Source: Promethearchaeum syntrophicum (GTDB taxonomy: Archaea > Asgardarchaeota > Lokiarchaeia > Sigyniarchaeales > Promethearchaeaceae). Taken from it: a stretch of 32,000 bases of DNA. This document shows positions 16,778 through 27,800 of this stretch, piece after piece. Numbering within the stretch: position 1 is the first letter of the stretch; each line of letters starts with the position of its first letter. A program made the position numbers and the translations under genes. The notes under the pieces are model-generated. The model saw nothing but the letters and a program-made list of their open reading frames with translations. It was not told the DNA's origin and made no database searches. The DNA lies in NCBI RefSeq assembly GCF_008000775.2, contig NZ_CP042905.2, positions 3,810,001 to 3,842,000 on the forward strand. The letters run 5' to 3'.

Positions 16778-18097
16778 CTATTGATAACTCTTATAATCTT
16801 CATAGGATTTAGGGAAATTGGCTTTTTCACCTAACTCTTCTTCAATCCGGAGTATCTGATTATATTTTGACAACCTATCTGAACGACAAGGGGCACCGGA
16901 TTTTATTTGACCCGTACATAATCCCACAACAATATCCGCAATTGTATTATCTGATGTTTCCCCTGAACGATGAGATACCATTACAGTATAATTATTTTCA
17001 TAAGCCATCTTACATGCAGCAATTGCTTCCGAAATGGAACCGATTTGATTAATTTTTAAGAGAAGAGAATCACCAGCTCCAATATTTATTGCTTTTTGCA
17101 GTCTGACTACATTAGTTACCGTGAGATCGTCTGTAATAATTTGACATTTTCCTTTAACTTTTTTAGTTAAAGCTGCAAAATCTTCAAAAGCCTCCTCATC
17201 AAATGGATCTTCAATTGATTTGATAGGATATTTATCAACTAAAGCAGCCCAGAAATTAATCAATTCAGTTGGAGTGAGTTTTTTTCCGTCAATATTATAA
17301 ATATTGTTTTCTTTATCATAAAACTCTGCAGCAGCAGGATCCATTGCTAAAATGACATCCTTTCCCGGAACATATCCCGCAGCTTTAATCGATTCCATTA
17401 TAATATTCAAAGCTTCTTCTGTAGTATTTAGTGCAGGTGCAAAACCACCTTCATCACCTACGTTAACGCTTGTTGCCCCATATTTTTCTCTAATTACTTT
17501 TTTCATCATATGGTACACTTCTGCAGTAATTCTAAGAGCTTCTGAAAAATTTGGAGCGCCTATGGCTTGAATCATGAATTCTTGAGGTGCTAAGTTTCCT
17601 CCTGCATGTTTACCCCCATTTAGTACATTTGATGAAGGTATTGGAAGCAAGTATTTATCTGCCTTTTTCCCATGAGCCAATTCATATACGTATTCATAAA
17701 GTGCTTGATTTTTAATTTTAGCAGCAGCCTTTAAAGCACACATTGAAACCGAAAGTATTGCATTCGCCCCAAAATTCCCTTTATTATCTGTTCCATCAGC
17801 TTTAATCATTGCGTTATCAATGTTTTCTTGATCATCGCAATTCATTCCAACTACTATTTTACTTATTTCCTTATTTACATTTGAAACAGCCTTTAATACA
17901 CCTTTCCCAGCGAATTTTTTTGGATCACCATCGCGTAGTTCAACGGCTTCAGCTTCACCTGTACTAGCTCCTGAAGGAACAGCTGCTCGAACAAACGTAT
18001 TTCCTGCCCACATATCACACTCAACAGTCGGATTTCCTCTTGAATCTAAAATCCAGCGAGCTTTTATTTTTTTAATTGTAAAGTCCATTTTTACCAT
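16778..18097 (-). CDS. eno: Enolase (phosphopyruvate hydratase)
   Basis: 439 aa: ILDSRGNPTVECD, AVPSGASTGEAEAVELRDGD, SVNVGDEGGFAP, LAMDPAAAEFY, SIEDPFDEEAFEDF, ITDDLTVTN, LLKINQIGSISEA, MVSHRSGETSDNTIADIVVGLCTGQIKSGAPCRSDRLSKYNQILRIEEEL. Confidence 0.98.
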   Translation of the reverse strand: MVKMDFTIKKIKARWILDSRGNPTVECDMWAGNTFVRAAVPSGASTGEAEAVELRDGDPKKFAGKGVLKAVSNVNKEISKIVVGMNCDDQENIDNAMIKADGTDNKGNFGANAILSVSMCALKAAAKIKNQALYEYVYELAHGKKADKYLLPIPSSNVLNGGKHAGGNLAPQEFMIQAIGAPNFSEALRITAEVYHMMKKVIREKYGATSVNVGDEGGFAPALNTTEEALNIIMESIKAAGYVPGKDVILAMDPAAAEFYDKENNIYNIDGKKLTPTELINFWAALVDKYPIKSIEDPFDEEAFEDFAALTKKVKGKCQIITDDLTVTNVVRLQKAINIGAGDSLLLKINQIGSISEAIAACKMAYENNYTVMVSHRSGETSDNTIADIVVGLCTGQIKSGAPCRSDRLSKYNQILRIEEELGEKANFPKSYEDYKSYQ

Positions 18098-18150
18098 CTC
18101 AATTAAATCAATTCATTTTAATCATTAAAACTTAAACAAGTTTTCATTTC

Positions 18151-19161
18151 TCACATAATTTTTAATTTCATATTAAAATCCAAATCCCTTAAAGTAATAT
18201 CTCCTGGAGTTAGCTCATGGATTGTAAACGCTTTCTTAATTTGACCAAAATATGGTTCAGATGAAAAAATATGATAAAGAACATCGGAGAACACCATTTG
18301 ATACCCTCCTCTTATATCTTCGTGCGATCTTATTATTCTCTTCTGGTTGTTTAACTCTAAAAATTGTTTGACTTCATCATGAGTATAATAAAAATGCCCA
18401 TGATAAGACCTTTCATCCTTCATTTTTAAGTTAGTTATAATCGGATCATTCCAGCGGACCTGAACAAAAGCATCAAATAGATTTTTCTTCAAAGTCTTAT
18501 CAGAAATATTACGATATCCAATATGTGGTTTAGGTATCTGATCAAACAATTGCAAAGATGGAATGCTTTTAGGAATTCCGGCATGCATACATACTGAATG
18601 TTTAGGAGTTATTGCAACTAACGGCATTAGATTATAAATCGCATTTATGATAGAGAGAACCGCTTGAAACTCTTTATTAATAGGAAAGTAATTTTGCAGT
18701 TCTTCATAAAAGCCAAATAGTAAATTTAATTCAAGATCTTCATGATTACCTCGAAGTAAAATTACCCGTTCAGGCCATAGTATTGACATACTTACTAAAA
18801 AAAAGAAATTCAAATAACTCTGTTCCCCTCGATCTACATAATCTCCTAAAAATAGTATGGAATCTACTTTACCCTCAAAAAATGGTTTTACTATTCTTAA
18901 AGTGGAATTAAGATCACCGTGAGTGTCTCCTACGATTAGTAAATTGTTGAAATTTTCGCTATTGATCTTATCCAAATAAACAGCATTAGAGAATTCCTGA
19001 GAAACTTGTTGATATTTTATCCATATTTGGGCTAATTGATGAAGAGTAAATGGTGTAATATCTTTCATTATTAAATAGACTGAAGGAGTCTCAACAAAAC
19101 TTTGAATAAATTTAGGGACATACCTTCTATCAAATGGTCTCATCTTTAAAGCCCTAATCAA
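18151..19161 (-). CDS. PPP-family (PP1/2A/2B-like) serine/threonine protein phosphatase
   Basis: 336 aa: LLIVGDTHGDLNSTL, ILFLGDYVDRGEQS, VILLRGNHEDLELN, HAGI; metallophosphatase motifs in PPP order. Confidence 0.9.
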   Translation of the reverse strand: MIRALKMRPFDRRYVPKFIQSFVETPSVYLIMKDITPFTLHQLAQIWIKYQQVSQEFSNAVYLDKINSENFNNLLIVGDTHGDLNSTLRIVKPFFEGKVDSILFLGDYVDRGEQSYLNFFFLVSMSILWPERVILLRGNHEDLELNLLFGFYEELQNYFPINKEFQAVLSIINAIYNLMPLVAITPKHSVCMHAGIPKSIPSLQLFDQIPKPHIGYRNISDKTLKKNLFDAFVQVRWNDPIITNLKMKDERSYHGHFYYTHDEVKQFLELNNQKRIIRSHEDIRGGYQMVFSDVLYHIFSSEPYFGQIKKAFTIHELTPGDITLRDLDFNMKLKIM

Positions 19162-19205
19162 TATTTTGTAATAAATTTACTTGATAATGTAATGGATCGG
19201 AGAAT

Positions 19206-19796
19206 TTAAAAAAGTTCTTCCCATTTTTCGATTACTTTGAAGAATTCTTTGATTTGGGGGTGATCCAGATCTATTTTTTTAATTTTAAAAAATTCTTCCC
19301 ACCCTTCACGTATATCACCGGGAGTCAATAAAGTTTCAAAATCCTCTTTTGTCTGAAGAAATCGGAGATAACCATCATGTAGTTCTTCATTTATAACTTC
19401 AGCTCCAAATATTTTGTTGACTTTAGTTGTAAAACCAAAATAATGCTTGATCGGATTGATAGTATTAGTCTTATATCGAAGAACTAAGTAATTTTCTATT
19501 GAATTATCTAAATTTCCCCCCTTTTCATGAAAAATTGACTGAAATTCGAGGTTATTATCTATGAAATTTTCAAATATAAATACATAAAATGAAAAAGACT
19601 TTTCGTAAATTTTTTCAAAATCATTTTTTGATTCAAAATTGATTCTAATGAAAGATTTATCTCCTAAATCAACAATTTCAGGATCTTTCTTATATAAAAG
19701 TTTGAAAGCCTTACCAATTTTCTTCAACATTTCTAATTTTGATAATTCCTCTTCCAAAGTTCGTTCTATTGAAATTTCTAGGAAGGGTTTAATCAT
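19206..19796 (-). CDS. Protein of unknown function upstream of and co-directional with the PPP phosphatase
   Basis: 196-aa ORF on the same strand, ~45 nt upstream of the phosphatase ORF. Contains LLTPGDIREGWEEF. No family recognised. Confidence 0.6.
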   Translation of the reverse strand: MIKPFLEISIERTLEEELSKLEMLKKIGKAFKLLYKKDPEIVDLGDKSFIRINFESKNDFEKIYEKSFSFYVFIFENFIDNNLEFQSIFHEKGGNLDNSIENYLVLRYKTNTINPIKHYFGFTTKVNKIFGAEVINEELHDGYLRFLQTKEDFETLLTPGDIREGWEEFFKIKKIDLDHPQIKEFFKVIEKWEELF

Positions 19797-19839
19797 ATCA
19801 TTTATAATTATTTACATCCTATGTTTTTTTTTATCTAAT

Positions 19840-19850
19840 AAAAAAAAAAA
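19840..19850 (-). terminator. Candidate U-rich terminator for the ornithine cyclodeaminase-family gene
   Basis: 11 consecutive A on the + strand (U run in the minus-strand transcript) directly abutting the stop codon at 19851. Confidence 0.4.
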
Positions 19851-20840
19851 TTAAAAATTAATATCTTGGCCAATGTTTTCTTTTAGAGCTCTATCGTATA
19901 CAAGTTTTGCAACAGCAACATCTTGAGCAGCAATTCCGACCGATTTAAAGACTGTGATCTCAGAAGACGATTTTCGGCCAGAAGCTTTTCGATTTATTAT
20001 ATCTCCAATCGAAATTATATCATCTTTCGATATGATTCCTTCACTAATCGGAATAATGTAATCCCCTGCTTCGGCAATACATGCATCTTTCAATCCCGCA
20101 ACAAGTAAATTTGCTTTCTTAATGGTTAAAGAATCTAATTCTCTAGCTTTAGGCGCATGTGCTCCAATAGATGAAATATGCATTCCTTCTTGAATTTTTT
20201 CACCCGAAAACAATGGTTCAGAGCTGGTCGAAGCCGCCACTAATATATCAGAACTGAAGAATTCATCTTTTACTTCATCAATTATTTCAATATCAATCCC
20301 AAGTTCTTTCTCAAGTTCAAGCTTAAATGATTCGGATGCTGCTCTATGAACATCAAATACCTTACATTTCTCCAGTTTTTGATTTAATGCCCAATAAGTT
20401 GCAACTACTTGTTTCTTTGCTTGAGTTCCTGCTCCGAATATGCTCATTTCAGTGCTATCCTTCCGCGCTAAATATTTTACCGAAACCCCTGTAGCAGCAC
20501 CAGTTCTCATAGCAGTAATCAATCCCCCATCCATAATTCCTACTATTTCACCAGTATTAATATCTTGAATCATTATCTTACCAAGAACCGTAGGCATATT
20601 GTGCTTCTCAGGATTATCTTTATACACTGAAACGATTTTTGTTGCTAAAGCATTCATCCCGCCACCGATAATCCCGGGCATAATAAGTGTTAATCCAGGA
20701 GCAAGGTCAGTTATTGCAATTCGTTGAGGAACTATTGCATTTCCTAGCGAAAGCTGTTTATAAGCATTTTCAACATAATTTAAGGTATCAGACATAGTTA
20801 GGAGTTCAGCCACATTCATTTTATTCAAAATTCGTACCAT
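19851..20840 (-). CDS. Ornithine cyclodeaminase / mu-crystallin family protein
   Basis: 329 aa: KIVSVYKDNPEKHNMPTVLGKIMIQDINTGEIVGIMDGGLITAMRTGAATGVSVKYLARKDSTEMSIFGAGTQAKKQV. Confidence 0.92.
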   Translation of the reverse strand: MVRILNKMNVAELLTMSDTLNYVENAYKQLSLGNAIVPQRIAITDLAPGLTLIMPGIIGGGMNALATKIVSVYKDNPEKHNMPTVLGKIMIQDINTGEIVGIMDGGLITAMRTGAATGVSVKYLARKDSTEMSIFGAGTQAKKQVVATYWALNQKLEKCKVFDVHRAASESFKLELEKELGIDIEIIDEVKDEFFSSDILVAASTSSEPLFSGEKIQEGMHISSIGAHAPKARELDSLTIKKANLLVAGLKDACIAEAGDYIIPISEGIISKDDIISIGDIINRKASGRKSSSEITVFKSVGIAAQDVAVAKLVYDRALKENIGQDINF

Positions 20841-21059
20841 GCATAAATTGAATATATTCTAGTAAAAAAACTTTTAATAGAAAAAAATGGAATCTAACAT
20901 ACCAAATTTTCTTTTGAGAAATAGGATTTGTTACAAAAAATTAAATAATTTTATTAGAAAAACTAATCCCAATTTAGAAAAAGAAATAATAGGTTATTTG
21001 AAATTAAAGATGTGAACAAATTGATTAAATTTAGTGATAAACAACTTAAAATTCCAAAA

Positions 21060-22442
21060 ATGAGCAAACCGGTTTATTTAGCTACTGTCGGAATGTCGAA
21101 ATTTGGAAGATCTTTTCCTGAAACGCGAACTGAAGAACTTGCAATTCAAGCTTTAACCGCTGCAGCAGATTTCTTAAAAATGACTCCTGCAGAGCTCAAA
21201 AGTTATATCCATACTTGTTATTATGGTCATTTTGCAGATCATTTCGGAGATCAATTATTGGGTGAATCAGTCATTCATGATAGATTGGGATTAGATCCGC
21301 TTGGAAATATTGGTGTTAAAACTGGAGGTGCTACAGGGGGCTCTACAATGTGGGAAGCAATAAAAGCTGTAGCTTCTGGATATAGTAATTGTTCCTTAGC
21401 GCTTGGATGGGAAAGAATGGATGAAGCTCCGACTGATGAGGGAAACCATTTAATTTCTGCAGCCGCAGATAAAGATTGGGAAACCCCAATGGGCCACATT
21501 TATACAGGTTATTATGCAGTTATGGCCCAGCGTTATTGGAAGATTTTCGGAAAATCTGAAGATTCTTTTAGACGTACTATGGCAGAAGTATCGGTAAAAA
21601 ATCATGGATATGCAAGGATGAATCCTTATGCACAAGCTCCTATGAAAATTACTGTTGATGATGTAATTAAATCACCAATTGTAGCTGATCCTTTACGTGT
21701 ATTAGATTGTTGCTTAATGAGTGTAGGTGCTGCATGTGGTATAGTCTGTGATGAGAAAACTGCTTATGAATTAACCGATAATCCGCTACGAATATGGATT
21801 GGAGCAGGAAGTCACACTTTACGTGTTGCAGACCGACGTGATATGGAAATTCCACTACTTCCAAACGAAAAAGTAGGACAATATGATGATTTAGCTACAA
21901 GATTTCCAGGTGCTGATCGCTATCCAGGATTTACTGGTTTCTTAGCGGCGCGTGTAGCGGCTTATTATGCTTACAATATGACAGGTATCAAGGATCCGAC
22001 AGACGATCTTGATGTTGTTGAACTTCATGATGCATTTACAATAAGTGATATCCAAACTTATGAAGATGTAGGAATTCGTCCTTACGGTGAGGGTCGAGAT
22101 TATATTGAGTCTGGAGATGCATACCATATCAATCCTAAAACGGGGAAACCAGGAAAACTGCCTAGCAATCTTAGTGGTGGATTAATTGGAACTATGCATG
22201 CAGTAGGTGCTACAGGTTTAATGCAAATTGCAGAAGTTGGATATCAAATTTGGAATAGATGGGATGAAATACACGAAGATTCCGCCAAATGGAAAGAATT
22301 TGGTCGAGAAAAACCGAGTGATTGGACAAGCCTACAGGTTAAAGGGGCAAAAAGAGGACTAGCAATCAGTCATGCAGGAGTAGGATCACATGTTACTGCT
22401 ACAATTCTAATGGACCCAAATCATTTACTCAAGGAGGACTAA
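21060..22442 (+). CDS. Thiolase-family (SCP-x/acetyl-CoA C-acyltransferase-like) protein
   Basis: ORF from GTG 21012; a more likely ATG start is at 21060 (MSKPVYLATVGMSKFG). Thiolase features: VKTGGATGGSTMWEAIKAVASGYSNCSLALGWERM, DCCLMSVGAACGIVCDE, DVVELHDAFTISDIQTYEDVG, NLSGGLIGTMHAVGATGLMQIAEV. Confidence 0.88.
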   Translation: MSKPVYLATVGMSKFGRSFPETRTEELAIQALTAAADFLKMTPAELKSYIHTCYYGHFADHFGDQLLGESVIHDRLGLDPLGNIGVKTGGATGGSTMWEAIKAVASGYSNCSLALGWERMDEAPTDEGNHLISAAADKDWETPMGHIYTGYYAVMAQRYWKIFGKSEDSFRRTMAEVSVKNHGYARMNPYAQAPMKITVDDVIKSPIVADPLRVLDCCLMSVGAACGIVCDEKTAYELTDNPLRIWIGAGSHTLRVADRRDMEIPLLPNEKVGQYDDLATRFPGADRYPGFTGFLAARVAAYYAYNMTGIKDPTDDLDVVELHDAFTISDIQTYEDVGIRPYGEGRDYIESGDAYHINPKTGKPGKLPSNLSGGLIGTMHAVGATGLMQIAEVGYQIWNRWDEIHEDSAKWKEFGREKPSDWTSLQVKGAKRGLAISHAGVGSHVTATILMDPNHLLKED

Positions 22443-22446
22443 GAAA

Positions 22447-23046
22447 ATGGTCAAAGCAGAAGAAGATATTGGAAGAGTAAAAATTGTAAATGGAAGATAT
22501 AAATTAAGTGGAAAATTCCATATTCCTGAAGCAAATCAACCAATTTTTAATGAAGATACTGGAAAATTGGCAGGCATAACCAATCCAAGAGATATGACTT
22601 ACGTACATTCCTACGGTGGGGAAGCGATTTTCTTTGAAGGAATAGCTACAGGAAAACTTTGGGCTTCACGTTGTGATAACGAAAAATGCGCAAATCCTGG
22701 AACTATCTATGAACCATTTAGAATTTATTGCCCTGATTGCCTAAGGAAAGCAACACCAATAGATATCACAGAAAAGGCGCGAAAAACTGCAAGAGTTCAT
22801 TCATATATAATAACCGCACGTTCTGGGGCCTTTAATTCTCTAAAATTGCCAATAAAATTTATAAATGTTGAATTTGAAGGTGTGGCTACAATTTTAATGG
22901 GATATCTATCCGTGGGAGAACCAGAAATGGGAATGCGTGTTGTGCCCATTTTTAATACTAAAAAACCAACCTATACAATTGTTGACATCTCTTGGGTTCC
23001 TGAAGGTACTAAAGAATCAGAATTACCAGAAGGATTTACTTTTTAA
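22447..23046 (+). CDS. DUF35-type OB-fold / zinc-ribbon protein (thiolase partner)
   Basis: 199 aa, 4 nt after the thiolase stop. LWASRCDNEKCANPGTIYEPFRIYCPDCLRKAT zinc-binding motif and C-terminal OB-like GVATILMGYLSVGEPEMGMRVVPIF. Confidence 0.82.
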   Translation: MVKAEEDIGRVKIVNGRYKLSGKFHIPEANQPIFNEDTGKLAGITNPRDMTYVHSYGGEAIFFEGIATGKLWASRCDNEKCANPGTIYEPFRIYCPDCLRKATPIDITEKARKTARVHSYIITARSGAFNSLKLPIKFINVEFEGVATILMGYLSVGEPEMGMRVVPIFNTKKPTYTIVDISWVPEGTKESELPEGFTF

Positions 23047-23123
23047 GTTTTAATGGGGTATTTCCATTTTTTTATATTTATTTTTTTTTTGTAATTACCA
23101 ATAATTTGAGATGATAAAATAAA

Positions 23124-24305
23124 ATGAATCATATTTTTTACAGCGAAGAAGAATTAGCGTTTAGGGATGAAGTTAGAGCCTTTTGTGAAAGGGAACTTGC
23201 ACCTTACGAAGATGAAATCCAAAAAACCAATCCCTTTAGGCGAGATCTACTACAAAAAATCGCACAAGCGGGTTATATGTCTGTACACCATCCTCCAGAA
23301 GTAGGAATTGGAAAACACTGTGGAAAAGGCTTGGTATATGAAACTATCGTAGCAGAAGAAATTTCAGCAGTCATTGCAGGTCTTGATATGGCTCGAATGG
23401 CTTCAGCGACTCTTTTTGGAAAACCTGTAGCTCGTTTTGGAACACCAGAACAGATCGAAAAATATTTAAAACCAGTATTACGAGGGGAAAAAATAGGAGC
23501 GATAGGAATAACAGAACCAAATGTTGGATCGGATACTGCTCGGATGGAAACTCATGCAGAAATTTCAAAAGATGGAAAGGGTTTCGTTCTTAATGGCAAG
23601 AAATATTATATTACAAATGGAAGTCAAGCGGATTTCTTGTGTGTCTTTGCAATTACCGATAACACAGTAAATCCAAGAAAAGGAATGACAGCTTTCATTG
23701 TTGAAAAGACTATGCCTGGATTTACTACCGTGAAAGATATAGATCTAATGGGAATGGCTGGTTCACGTGTTTCCGAATTAGCTTTTAAAGATGTTTTTAT
23801 TTCTAATGATCAATTATTAGGAGGAATAAACAACGGCTTCGGCATCCTTATGGATGAACTTGACTCAGAACGCGTTGCTATTGCAGGAGAATGTCTTGGA
23901 TATGCAAGACCTGCCTTAGAAAGTGCAATAACCTATTCAAAAGAACGCATTCAATTTAAACGACCCATCAAAGATTTTGAAGGAATTAATTTTAAAATTG
24001 CAGATATGGCTACAGACTTTGAAGCAGCGCGTTTACTTACGTTAAAAGCTGCACGCGCTTATGATAATGGCGAAAGAATTACCAAGGAGGCGGCTATGGC
24101 GAAAATATTTGCTTCTGAAATGGCCATTCGGGTATGTGATCAAGCCCTTCAAATACTTGGTGGAAGAGGATATGAAAAGGAGCATAAAATCGAACGCTAC
24201 TATCGTGATGCTAGACTCATGACTATGGGTGGAGGTACTGTAGAAATTCTCCGTTATTTAACTCAGCGAGAAATTTACAAAAAATTTGATGGTAAATATT
24301 GGTAA
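23124..24305 (+). CDS. Acyl-CoA dehydrogenase
   Basis: 393 aa: GAIGITEPNVGSDTARMETHAE, YYITNGSQADFLCVFA, YSKERIQFKRPIKDFEGINFKIADMATD, QILGGRGYEKEHKIERYYRDARLMTMGGGTVEILRYLTQREI. Confidence 0.95.
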   Translation: MNHIFYSEEELAFRDEVRAFCERELAPYEDEIQKTNPFRRDLLQKIAQAGYMSVHHPPEVGIGKHCGKGLVYETIVAEEISAVIAGLDMARMASATLFGKPVARFGTPEQIEKYLKPVLRGEKIGAIGITEPNVGSDTARMETHAEISKDGKGFVLNGKKYYITNGSQADFLCVFAITDNTVNPRKGMTAFIVEKTMPGFTTVKDIDLMGMAGSRVSELAFKDVFISNDQLLGGINNGFGILMDELDSERVAIAGECLGYARPALESAITYSKERIQFKRPIKDFEGINFKIADMATDFEAARLLTLKAARAYDNGERITKEAAMAKIFASEMAIRVCDQALQILGGRGYEKEHKIERYYRDARLMTMGGGTVEILRYLTQREIYKKFDGKYW

Positions 24306-24320
24306 ATATGAGGGAGAAAA

Positions 24321-24752
24321 ATGGAGCACGTCAAACTAGCGGATTGGGATAAAATCCAAGTAGGAGATAAAGGTTTTCACGGAAAAACTATAACCGAAAC
24401 GGATCTTGTTCTTTTTGCGGGAATTTCTGGAGATTTTAATCCAATGCATGTAAATAAAGAATATGCAAAAAATACCAAATATGGGAAGAGAATCGTACAT
24501 GGAATCGTGAGTGTTTCCTTAATAGCGGGCGTATTAGGAATGAAACTTCCTGGGCCAGGAACAGTTCACGTTTCCCAAAAGGTAGATTTTAAAAAGCCAG
24601 TTTTCATCGGAGATACTTTAACTGCTGTGGCTGAAATCTTAGAAAAATTTACGAAAAAGGAAGGGAAACTAAGATTTCTCAAAATTAAAACTGATGTTTA
24701 CAATCAAAATAAAGAAATTGTAACTGACGGTGAAGCCTTAGTAATTATCTAA
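24321..24752 (+). CDS. MaoC-like hot-dog dehydratase ((R)-specific enoyl-CoA hydratase type)
   Basis: 143 aa: TETDLVLFAGISGDFNPMHVNKEYAKNTKYGKRIVHGIVSVSLIAGVLGMKLPGPGTVHVSQKVDFKKPVFIGDTL. Confidence 0.9.
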   Translation: MEHVKLADWDKIQVGDKGFHGKTITETDLVLFAGISGDFNPMHVNKEYAKNTKYGKRIVHGIVSVSLIAGVLGMKLPGPGTVHVSQKVDFKKPVFIGDTLTAVAEILEKFTKKEGKLRFLKIKTDVYNQNKEIVTDGEALVII

Positions 24753-24863
24753 ATGAAAACTAATTGACCAATTTATCTCTTATATTTTTTTAAGATTTCT
24801 ATTATCTTGTTAAATCTATCTGTGTAGAACTATTAAAAATCTTCCTATTTTCTTCCTATTTTC

Positions 24864-24871
24864 TTTATATA
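24864..24871 (+). promoter_or_regulatory. Candidate TATA box (TTTATATA) for a leaderless or short-leader transcript of the 1419-aa gene
   Basis: TTTATATA centred ~32 nt upstream of ATG 24900. Archaeal TATA boxes sit ~25-30 nt upstream of the transcription start. Confidence 0.35.
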
Positions 24872-24899
24872 TTGTACTGTCTTTTTTCCTTCGTATATA

Positions 24900-27800
24900 A
24901 TGCAAAATTCTTCAACAAATCAGAATTATATTGGAATTAATATTGGATCCGTCTCTGTTAATGTTGTAATTTCTGATAATTTTGGAACTTTTAAGTGCGA
25001 AAAAAAAGCCCATTTTGGAAATCCACAGCAAATTTTAAAGGAAATTCTTGAAAAATACGAAAATGGAGACCAGAAATTTTTTGGAGTTTCGGGTACATTT
25101 GGAATTGTTTCTGAAATTACAGCTATTGAAAGAGCACTTGCCTCTTTAGAAAAAAAATATGATCTAATTCTTTCTCTCGGGGGGGAGGCATTCATTTTAT
25201 ACGTTTTGGATTCAAATGGACACATTGTAAACATTTTATCTCAAGATAAATGTGCTGCTGGAAGTGGAGAATTTTTCATACAACAAATTGAAAGATTAAA
25301 TCTGCCATTGAATGAAGCAATTGACTTAGCAGAAAAAGGTGAGGATATTCAGATAGCATCGCGCTGTTCAGTTCATTGTAAATCAGATATAACTCATAAA
25401 TTGAATAAAGGAGAAGCATCAATTGAAGATGTTCTTTGCTCTTTAGTATCCAATATGATCAATAAAGGGATTGGTCTAATTTATCAATCTCGAGTTAATT
25501 TAACAAACCTTTTAATAATTGGGGGACTTTCACTTAACAAAGTTGTTCTTCAGAAATTACGAAAGGCTTTACCTGAAGCACATGTAGATAAACTTGAATT
25601 TAGTCACGTTTTTGAAGCATACGGAACATCTTTGTTAGTACAGGATAATCCAGAATACAAAATTCCAAAATTAATCACAAATAAAACATTTTCTATGCTT
25701 CCTTCATTGCACGAATATGGACATCTTGTTAAAATCATGGAAAAACCAGGTGTCAATGAAAAATTTGATCCTCAATCTTCATATATATTAGGTATTGATG
25801 TCGGATCAACAACTACTAAAGCAATTTTGATGCATCCGAAAAATAATGCAATAATTGCATCCCATTATGGTCGCACAAATGGAAACCCAATTGAAGCTAC
25901 AAGATCATGTTTAAGGGAAATTATCAAACAAACGGGTGATGAAAGAGGAAAAATAAGTTTAGTTGGAGTAACTGGTTCAGGAAGACAAGTTGTAGCAGCT
26001 TATTTAGGAACTCCTGCAGTTTTTAATGAAATTTCTGCTCATTCGATTGGAGCGGCCTATTTTGATTCAGAAGTAGATACAATATTTGAGATAGGAGGCC
26101 AAGATGCTAAATATATGCTCTTGCAAAATGGCGTCCCAGTTGATTATGCAATGAATGCATCATGTTCAGCTGGGACTGGAAGTTTTCTTGAAGAAAGCGC
26201 CAAATGTGATTTAGATATTCATGTTTATGATATTAGTGATATTGCATTAAAAGCTCCAAAAGCTGTAAGATTTAAAGCAGATTGTGCCGCTTTTATTAAT
26301 TCTGATATTCGTACTGCCCTTCAAGAGGGCTATTCTAAACAGAATATTATTAGCGGACTTGTTTATTCTATTGTTAATAATTATCTAAATAAAGTTAAGG
26401 GGACTAGACCAATAGGAGATAAAATTTTCTTCCAAGGAGGCGTCGCAAAAAATAATGCTGTTGGTTATGCATTTGCCCAAGTAACTGGAAGAGAGATAAT
26501 TATCCCTCCGTTTCCAGAATTGATGGGTGCCTTCGGAATCGCATTAATCGCTAAATCGAAACTGGAAAAAAGAGAAATTTCATCAATGTCCTCCTCTACA
26601 ACATTGAAATCATTAATTGAACCATCATTAAAACATCTTGGTAATTTTACCTGTAAATCTTGTGATAATTTTTGTCAAATTGAAAATTATGCAGTTGGAA
26701 ATCGAAAATTCCCTTTCGGAGGGAGATGTACTAAATATGAACATTTATGGAAAGGGCAGAAATCAGCTTCGGAGAAGAAAGATTATGTATCTTTTCGTAA
26801 TGATTTAATGTTTCCGGGTAATGTTTTAATAGATAAAAAAAAAAAAATCAATGAGAAAAATCAAATTGGAATACCAAGAGCATTATTAACTCACAGTTTG
26901 TTTCCACTCTTTTCTACTTTTTTCAAAGAAATCGGATATGAAGTAGTATTGTCTGATATTGAACCTGATGCAGAATTACTACCCAATGCTCCACTGTGTT
27001 ATCCAATTCAAATTTTGCATGGTGCCATCGCCAATTTGATCAAACAAAACATTAAATTAATCTTTTTACCATATATTTACAGAATGAAGAAAGGAGAAGG
27101 ATGGTTTGATTCAACTTTTTGTCCAATTTCCCAATCTAGTTCTTATTTAGTTGCTCCAAATTTTGAAAAAGTTGAAATTCTAAAACCTGAATTAGAATTT
27201 TCAGAAGGATATGAAAAATGTCAAGAATTAATAAATTTAGCTATAGAAAAGTTATATATCCCCCATAAAATGAGTGTGGCGGCTTATAATAAAGCAGTAC
27301 GCCATCAAAATAATGTAGAAACCCAATTTATTAAAAAAGGTAGGGAAATTTTAAAAAAACTATCCAAGTCGAATGATACAGGAATCATTGTAGTAGGGAG
27401 AAGCTATAATGTTTTCCCTAAAGAAACTTCGCAATCTATTCCCAAAAAAATAACGAGTATGGGAGTTACTGTAATTCCTTTTGATTTCTTAGAAAAAAAA
27501 TCAGTAACAACTTATCCTTGGTTCTTTGCTAACTATGTTTCAGAAGCTGTTGAGCTAGTTAAAAAGCATGAGAATTTGTTTTTACTTTACATTAATAGTT
27601 ATAGTTGCACAATGGATGCTTTTGTTCAGAATTATGTACGTACAGAAATGAAATCTAAACCGTATTTACTCATGGAATTAGATGCCCATATGGCGGATGC
27701 AGGAACTCAGACTAGAATCGAAGCTTTTTTGGAAATTATTAAAAATTATCGTCATTCTTTACAGAACACTTCATCTTCAGTGTATCACATGGCAAAAGCT

